Assembly: GCA_965237905.1 (NCBI GenBank)
Contig: OZ250172.1
Coordinates: forward strand, 256,001 to 320,000
DNA from: Nitrospinaceae bacterium
Lineage (GTDB): Bacteria > Nitrospinota > Nitrospinia > Nitrospinales > Nitrospinaceae
DNA: 64,000 nt
Direction of reading: 5' to 3'
The stretch's first letter is position 1. The number at the start of each line of letters is the position of its first letter. The position numbers and the translations under genes were made by a program. Positions 58,265 through 64,000 of the stretch are shown here, in pieces. Under the pieces are notes generated by a model. It ran no database searches, was not told the DNA's origin, and worked only from the letters and a program-made list of their open reading frames with translations.

Positions 58265-58452
58265 GCTTTTTAATGAAATTTCGCACCAATTCTTGTATGA
58301 TCCTCTAGGTTTGGTTAACAGGAATTCCCAGTCTGGTTAATCCGTTTTACTCCAACTTTTGCCATCCTTTGGACCGCAACCTTTCAGTCACAATCCAGAA
58401 ATATTAAGCTCCATTCGCCAACCGGTTCAAAAGTGATCACAAGACGATTTCT

Positions 58453-59394
58453 ATGACTACTGACCTTATTTATGTGCTGGCAGGCCTCGCCTTGTTATAT
58501 TTTGGCGGTGAATCCCTGATTACCGGAAGCCTGCGGATCGCCCATCGTTTTAAAATCAGCCCCTTCGTGATCGGCGCCACGGTACTGGGATTCGGCACCT
58601 CCTCTCCTGAACTGGCAGTCAGCCTACTGGCCTCCTTCCGGGAAGAAGCCGAAGTAGCGGTTGGAAATGTCATTGGCAGTAACATTGCCAACGTGGGGCT
58701 GGTTCTCGGATTGACGGCCCTGATTGTCCCTCTCACCATTGATCAAAGACGGTTTAAATCCGAAGCTCCTCCCCTTTTAATTGCCAGCTTTCTCATTTTA
58801 TTTTTGGCCTGGAACTTTTCCTTGTCCCGCTGGGAAGGATTGTTACTGCTGACGGGACTGGTGATTTATATCTGGAAAATACTTAAAAGTGATGAGACCG
58901 CGGATTTTGAGTTGGATGAAGAGGTTTCTCTCTTCGCCGGCAAAGGGATGGGTTATCAAATCGGATTGACTCTCGCGGGATTGGCGCTTTTGGTCCTGGG
59001 AGCGGAATGGATGGTGCATGGCGCTGTCAACATTGCCCGGCAAGTAGGAATCAGTGAGTGGTTTATCGGAATTTCCATCGTCGCGTTGGGAACCAGCTTA
59101 CCGGAAATCGTCTCTTCACTCTTGTCCGCTCGGCGGGGCCATGGGGAAATGGCTTTGGGAAATATATTTGGAAGCAATATCTTTAATATTTTTATGGTTC
59201 TGGGGGCCAGCGCTTCCCTTCATCCTCTGAATATCCAGGAAGCCATCCATCCCGACCTGCTGATCACCACCGGCGTGACCTGCCTGTTGCTCCTTCTCAT
59301 CAGTCGGAAACATCGATTGAGCAAGCCCGACGGCATAATCCTGCTGTTGTGCTATTTCAGCTATATCGGACTGAAGGGGATGGGGACAATCTGA
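58453..59394 (+). CDS. Calcium/sodium antiporter (YrbG/CaCA family)
   Basis: Two alpha repeats: GTSSPE..GNVIGSN and GTSLPE..GNIFGSN. Confidence 0.94.
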   Translation: MTTDLIYVLAGLALLYFGGESLITGSLRIAHRFKISPFVIGATVLGFGTSSPELAVSLLASFREEAEVAVGNVIGSNIANVGLVLGLTALIVPLTIDQRRFKSEAPPLLIASFLILFLAWNFSLSRWEGLLLLTGLVIYIWKILKSDETADFELDEEVSLFAGKGMGYQIGLTLAGLALLVLGAEWMVHGAVNIARQVGISEWFIGISIVALGTSLPEIVSSLLSARRGHGEMALGNIFGSNIFNIFMVLGASASLHPLNIQEAIHPDLLITTGVTCLLLLLISRKHRLSKPDGIILLLCYFSYIGLKGMGTI

Positions 59395-59397
59395 GGG

Positions 59398-61644
59398 CTA
59401 CAGTTCCTCGGCAAAGGACGGTGATCCAGAAGTTTCCGGACTTTCTTCTTCCGATTCCGTTCCAAAGGTATCAAAGGGGGTGATGACGACTCCTGAAGCG
59501 GGTTCTCCATCCGCCGGTTCAGTAGTTTCAGCGGGGGCGGCCGCTTCAGCTTCGGTTTTCACTGCCTGCGGCGGCGTTCTTTTAATATGTTTGAAACGCC
59601 ATAACTGCTGTTTGTATAAACGATTGTCCGCATCAATTTCCAAGGCCTTTTTGATGGTTGCTATGGCTTTATCCTTTTTCCCACGAACATAGTAAACTTC
59701 CGCCAGCGTATCGAGATATCTGTGGTTTTGCGGATCGGACTTGACCGCTTTTTGGGATAATCTTTGCGCTTTCGCCAGATTGGTTTTCTTCTTGGCATAC
59801 AACCAGGCCAGCCGGTTCATTACCGGATGCGAATTCGGGAGAATTTTTATAGCCTTTTTGCAATGGTTGATGCTGACTCTGTAAAATCCCTTCTTTTTAT
59901 AAGCCTCGCATAGCTCCTGAGAAACCAAACCATTGTTCGGTTCCATTTTCTCGGCTTGCAATAAAACTTCCACGGCACGGTTGGGATTTTTATTTTGCGT
60001 TTGAGCGGTACCCAGCGCCAACATGTACGTCAGGTTTTCGGGTTCGGCCTTCAACGCTTTTTCAAAAGATTGAGCGGCGGAAGCCACTTGCTCCGCCGTC
60101 ATGGAAATCTGGCCCAATTCATAATGAGCGCCGCCCAGCTTGGGATCTAATCCCACGGCGGTCTCGAGAGCCGTCTTCGCCTCATCCAGCTTTTGGTCCT
60201 GGCTCAAGAGTTTTCCGAACAGATAAAACCCCTCACCATTCTGATTGTTGATTTGAACCGCTTTGCGTAAAGCCAGTTCGGCTTTTTCTTTGTCCTGGCT
60301 GGCGAGATAAATTTCCCCCAACTGAGTTTGAATCATGTCGTTTTGAGGATCCAGTTTTTCCGCCGCCTGGTAGGAATCCAAAGATCTTGGAATATCTCCC
60401 TTTTCAAAATACCATTGCGCCACTTTCAGCCGGGCTTTCAGGTTTTCGGGAAACAATTCGACGACTCTTTCAAACTCTCCAACGGCTTCCTCTTCCTGAT
60501 TATTTTTAATAAACAATTCCGCCAGGACCAAATGAAGTTCGGGCTCATCCTTTTGGGCTCGGACCGCTTGTTTCATTTCCTGAATCGCTTCGGGAATTCT
60601 ATTTTCTTCGATGAACAATTCCGCCAGCTTGCGGTGAGGCTTGTAAAAATCAGGATCCACTCGGGAAGCCATTTTAATGGCGGCGATGCCGTCATCCCGC
60701 GCCCCTTCACTCAATTTCAGGACTCCCAGCTCATAAAAAGCCTGAGGATTTTGTGGGTCCTGGTCGATGACCGACTGGTAGATATCGGTGGCTTCCTTGA
60801 ACTGGCCTTTGCCGAAATACACTTTGGCGAGCTTGATGCGATAAATACTTTCCTGAGGCTCGAGGTCGAGGGAGCGCTGGAATTGAGTCAACGCCTGATT
60901 CCATTCCTTCTTTTGCAGATAGACTTCACCCAGCCCGGCATACACATGGGGATTATTGCGAGAAACCTTCAAAGCTTTCAAAAACTCCCCTTCGGCATCT
61001 GAGAACTTCTTCTGTTCCAGGTAAGCGGTTCCTTTATTCAGCAGATCACCAACGCTATTGGGTGCCGGCCCGGTAAACTGCATGGCCACCACACCAATAA
61101 TCGCCAAGCCTGCCAGACCCCCTAACGCCCTTTTTCCGGTTTTGGGAATTCTCGAGAAAAACTTAATGACTGATTGTTTCGATTTGCTCGGTTCGCTTGT
61201 TGGAATTTCAAAACTGTCCGGGATCATTTGCGCTGCGACGGCCGTCAAGTCTTCGCTGATGTCCTTGATTTCTTTCGGAGGCTCAACCGGCTCTTTTTTC
61301 TTGGGTTTGAAAGGAGTTTTCGATTCTGGTTTGGCCTTGGTCATTTTACAGCGGCCTTCAAAATTCGAGCCTTCATCAACGATGAACTGATAGGTCGAAA
61401 CATTTCCTACAAGTTCACTTTCTTCTTTCAGGTTGACTCTATTTTCAGCCTTCACATCACCTTTGATCGTCCCCATATTGGTGAGGTCAAAGGTCTTAAT
61501 CTCGCCCTCGACGAAGCCCCCCTTACCAATAACCAGATGGTCCGTAGAAAAAAGCTCGCCCTCGAATTTTCCTTCGATGTGGAGAACACCTTTACTGTGC
61601 AAAATTCCCTTAAGCTTCACTCCATCTTGAAAATATGAGTCCAT
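59398..61644 (-). CDS. Bactofilin domain - TM - multi-TPR fusion protein
   Basis: N-terminal G.L.I.G.FEG...L.IG..G.V.G.I....I.EG..FEG.C.M (DUF583 pattern), one TM helix, a dozen or more TPRs, acidic tail. Confidence 0.85.
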   Translation of the reverse strand: MDSYFQDGVKLKGILHSKGVLHIEGKFEGELFSTDHLVIGKGGFVEGEIKTFDLTNMGTIKGDVKAENRVNLKEESELVGNVSTYQFIVDEGSNFEGRCKMTKAKPESKTPFKPKKKEPVEPPKEIKDISEDLTAVAAQMIPDSFEIPTSEPSKSKQSVIKFFSRIPKTGKRALGGLAGLAIIGVVAMQFTGPAPNSVGDLLNKGTAYLEQKKFSDAEGEFLKALKVSRNNPHVYAGLGEVYLQKKEWNQALTQFQRSLDLEPQESIYRIKLAKVYFGKGQFKEATDIYQSVIDQDPQNPQAFYELGVLKLSEGARDDGIAAIKMASRVDPDFYKPHRKLAELFIEENRIPEAIQEMKQAVRAQKDEPELHLVLAELFIKNNQEEEAVGEFERVVELFPENLKARLKVAQWYFEKGDIPRSLDSYQAAEKLDPQNDMIQTQLGEIYLASQDKEKAELALRKAVQINNQNGEGFYLFGKLLSQDQKLDEAKTALETAVGLDPKLGGAHYELGQISMTAEQVASAAQSFEKALKAEPENLTYMLALGTAQTQNKNPNRAVEVLLQAEKMEPNNGLVSQELCEAYKKKGFYRVSINHCKKAIKILPNSHPVMNRLAWLYAKKKTNLAKAQRLSQKAVKSDPQNHRYLDTLAEVYYVRGKKDKAIATIKKALEIDADNRLYKQQLWRFKHIKRTPPQAVKTEAEAAAPAETTEPADGEPASGVVITPFDTFGTESEEESPETSGSPSFAEEL

Positions 61645-61962
61645 AGTTTTTCCCGGGGGTTGTTTAATCGAAAAGGGTGAACGGTTGGTTTACCCCAGAC
61701 TAAGTCCTTTAATTTTTAAACTCAATAAAATTAATGAGTTATGCCCCATCCCGGCAGAATCCCCAAAATGATTGAAAGTAGGTGCGAAAGCGAGTCCGAA
61801 GGCATTTTTCTTCCCATATATCCGGATAAATCCGATTCCTGAATGGCATTTCAACGGATCTGGACCGACCTCATTGAATAAAAACCGAATTCCTGCTATT
61901 TTACCTGCCTTGTTCACAATATTCCTTTCCCTAACCCGCAATTTAAAGATCCGGAGATTTAA

Positions 61963-62688
61963 ATGTCCAGAAGCGACGGGCGTGCGCCCAATGAAATGAG
62001 AGCCGTATCCATCAAGAAAAACTTCATCAAACACGCCGAGGGATCCGTCCTCATTCAGGTGGGAAGCACCCAAGTCATCTGCAACGCCAGCGTCGAGGAA
62101 AAAGTACCCCCTTTCTTGCGGGATAAAAAACAGGGATGGGTGACCGCCGAATATTCCATGCTCCCCCGCTCCACCCATACCCGCACCCCCCGGGAATCGT
62201 CCCGCGGCAAAGTTTCCGGGCGCACTCAGGAAATCCAACGGCTCATCGGCCGATCCCTGCGCACGGTGGTCGACATGGAACAACTGGGCGAGCGCACCAT
62301 CTGGATCGATTGCGACGTCATTCAAGCGGATGGGGGAACCCGGACGGCCTCCATCACCGGCGCCTTCGTCGCCATGTGCCTAGCCATGAAACAACTGAAA
62401 AAGGAAAAGAAGATCGAGACGATACCGATCAAGGATTTCGTGGCGGCCACCAGTGTCGGCATTCTGGAAGGCAAAAAGATTCTGGACTTGGAATACAGCG
62501 AGGACTCGGTAGCGGAAGTGGATATGAACATCGTCAAAACCGGGAGCGGCGGATTCGTGGAGATTCAGGGAACCGCAGAGCAGGAACCCTTTTCAGAAAA
62601 AGATATGGATGCGATGCTCAGTCTGGCGAACAAGGGAATCAAAGAATTGATCGCTCTCCAGAAAAAAACCATCGGAAGCCTGACTTAG
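61963..62688 (+). CDS. rph: Ribonuclease PH
   Basis: [47 protein letters not shown]. Confidence 0.97.
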   Translation: MSRSDGRAPNEMRAVSIKKNFIKHAEGSVLIQVGSTQVICNASVEEKVPPFLRDKKQGWVTAEYSMLPRSTHTRTPRESSRGKVSGRTQEIQRLIGRSLRTVVDMEQLGERTIWIDCDVIQADGGTRTASITGAFVAMCLAMKQLKKEKKIETIPIKDFVAATSVGILEGKKILDLEYSEDSVAEVDMNIVKTGSGGFVEIQGTAEQEPFSEKDMDAMLSLANKGIKELIALQKKTIGSLT

Positions 62689-62782
62689 TATTTTCAAATA
62701 AGCTGCACATAGATCACCCAAACCGACCACCCCTCAGCCAGCCCGTCACCCTGTGAGCACCCCCCGGAGGGTGAGCAGTATA

Positions 62783-62802
62783 GAGTCCAGCGTCACGCTG
62801 GT
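62783..62802 (+). repeat. 20-bp palindromic repeat, copy 2
   Basis: Identical to 32011-32030. Confidence 0.8.
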
Positions 62803-62943
62803 CGCCGCTGGAAAATCTATTGTCAGCCCCGCTTTCGAGCATTAACCTTATAGGGTAGAAAATGAATGGTCACGGTTGGTCTCCAGACCAACTATGGCCT
62901 TATGTAGTCAAGAAGAGACTTGACCCCTTTTTTCTTTTTTTTC

Positions 62944-62972
62944 TTGACAAAACAGAACAATCATTCTATAAC
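62944..62972 (+). promoter_or_regulatory. tetR promoter with operator-like palindrome in the spacer
   Basis: TTGACA, 17 bp spacer, TATAAC; AGAA-N6-TTCT overlaps the spacer. Confidence 0.75.
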
Positions 62973-62997
62973 TGATTCATAATAAATTCAATTGATT

Positions 62998-63579
62998 ATG
63001 AGCAGACCAATAGAATACAAGAGAGAAGAAGTCCTCGAAGCCGCTACCCATGTATTTTGGAAAAAGGGCTTCAATAGCACATCCATGAATGACCTTGTTG
63101 AAGCAACAGAGTTAAATAAGCATAGTATGTATGGTGAGTTTGAAAATAAGGAAGGTCTTTTCCTTGCGTGTATTGATAATTACGTAAATAAAACTACTAA
63201 CCTTTTAGTAGGCATCTTAACAGAAGAGCCTCTTGGTATTGGCAATATTAAAGCTTTTTTCGAAAACAGAATTGAGTATGCATCTTCAGGAGAATGTGAC
63301 GGATGCCTTTTGGTAAATACAGCAGTGGAAAACAAAACCCTCGATGACAAATTGAACAAAATAGTAAATAAAAATCTGAATGAACAAAAAAAAATGTTTT
63401 TAACATGTTTACATGCAGCGCAAGAAAACGGTGAGATTTCGAAGGAAAAAGATTGCAAGATGTTTGCGGATTATTTGATGTGCTTTTTAGAAGGCCTGAT
63501 GGTGATGGGAAAAACCAATCCTACTAAAAAATCGGTGAATAAGATTATGGATACCGTGATACAGGCTATAACAAAATAA
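62998..63579 (+). CDS. TetR/AcrR family regulator (NemR/ComR-like)
   Basis: MSRP..Y....L..A..VFW.KGF..TS..DL....S.Y..F.NKE.LF; GCLLVN. Confidence 0.93.
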   Translation: MSRPIEYKREEVLEAATHVFWKKGFNSTSMNDLVEATELNKHSMYGEFENKEGLFLACIDNYVNKTTNLLVGILTEEPLGIGNIKAFFENRIEYASSGECDGCLLVNTAVENKTLDDKLNKIVNKNLNEQKKMFLTCLHAAQENGEISKEKDCKMFADYLMCFLEGLMVMGKTNPTKKSVNKIMDTVIQAITK

Positions 63580-63589
63580 TTTTTTGACT

Positions 63590-63615
63590 AATTACAGAAT
63601 AATAGTTCTGCAATT
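63590..63615. promoter_or_regulatory. Putative TetR operator upstream of the SDR gene
   Basis: AATTACAGAA-taatag-TTCTGCAATT (9/10 inverted repeat), just after TTGACT at 63584. Confidence 0.7.
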
Positions 63616-63641
63616 GGTTAATTCACAAAGGGAGTCACAAA

Positions 63642-64000
63642 ATGAGTAACCCATTAAACATATTAATCACAGGAGCAACCTCAGGCTTTGGCAAACATAC
63701 TGCGGAAAAGCTTGCCAATGATGGACATCAGGTGTTTGCTACCGCGCGAGGAGTCCACGGCAAAAATGCGGACGCCGCTCAAAGCCTTGAACAATGGGCA
63801 AATGATCAGAAACTTAACTTAAAAGTTGTAGAGCTTGATGTTTCAGATGATCAATCTGTAAGTCAGGGAATATCCTCGATACTTAGAGATGCAGGTCATC
63901 TGGATGTTGTTGTTAACAATGCTGGTATCGTAGGGCTTGGTCCGATTGAAGCTTATTCCATGGATCAAACCCAGAAAATGTTTAATACCAATGTATTTGG
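63642..64000 (+). CDS. Short-chain dehydrogenase/reductase (partial, runs off the window)
   Basis: MSNPLNILITGATSGFG, ELDVSD, LDVVVNNAG; GGGAG SD. Confidence 0.93.
   Translation, partial: MSNPLNILITGATSGFGKHTAEKLANDGHQVFATARGVHGKNADAAQSLEQWANDQKLNLKVVELDVSDDQSVSQGISSILRDAGHLDVVVNNAGIVGLGPIEAYSMDQTQKMFNTNVF

Noticed and set aside
61690..62325. 211-aa minus-strand ORF upstream of the bactofilin fusion
   Set aside because: More than half is antisense to the conserved rph gene and it has no recognisable domain.

Overview
A gene-dense bacterial chromosomal window with no rRNA, tRNA, CRISPR array, transposase, integrase or phage structural gene that I can see. The gene style is compatible with a Nitrospinota/deltaproteobacteria-like organism; this is inference, not proven. 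Housekeeping content: partial mrp/apbC, a type IIA topoisomerase pair in A-then-B order (topo IV-like), dprA-topA-trmFO, proA, a complete trpEGDCFBA operon, a MoxR/DUF58/BatABCDE cluster, ampG, a class I adenylate cyclase, alr, pyrD, rph, and an AT-rich tetR-SDR module at the right end. Protein highlights: two tandem orphan PilB/GspE-type ATPases, each with two cNMP-type GAF domains; a secreted LRR-NHL-LRR module and a cytoplasmic LRR plus two 7-blade propellers flanking the trp operon; a bactofilin-TM-TPR fusion; a 20-Asp tail protein. Non-coding highlights: a ~117-nt multi-stem RNA at 16977-17093, an attenuator-like trpE leader with no leader peptide, a switch-like leader upstream of a SPOR gene, a probable AUU start for alr, a gene inserted in the bat operon between degenerate duplicates of the batB 3' end, and REP-like palindromic repeats. 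All assignments come from motif recognition by eye; no searches were run.
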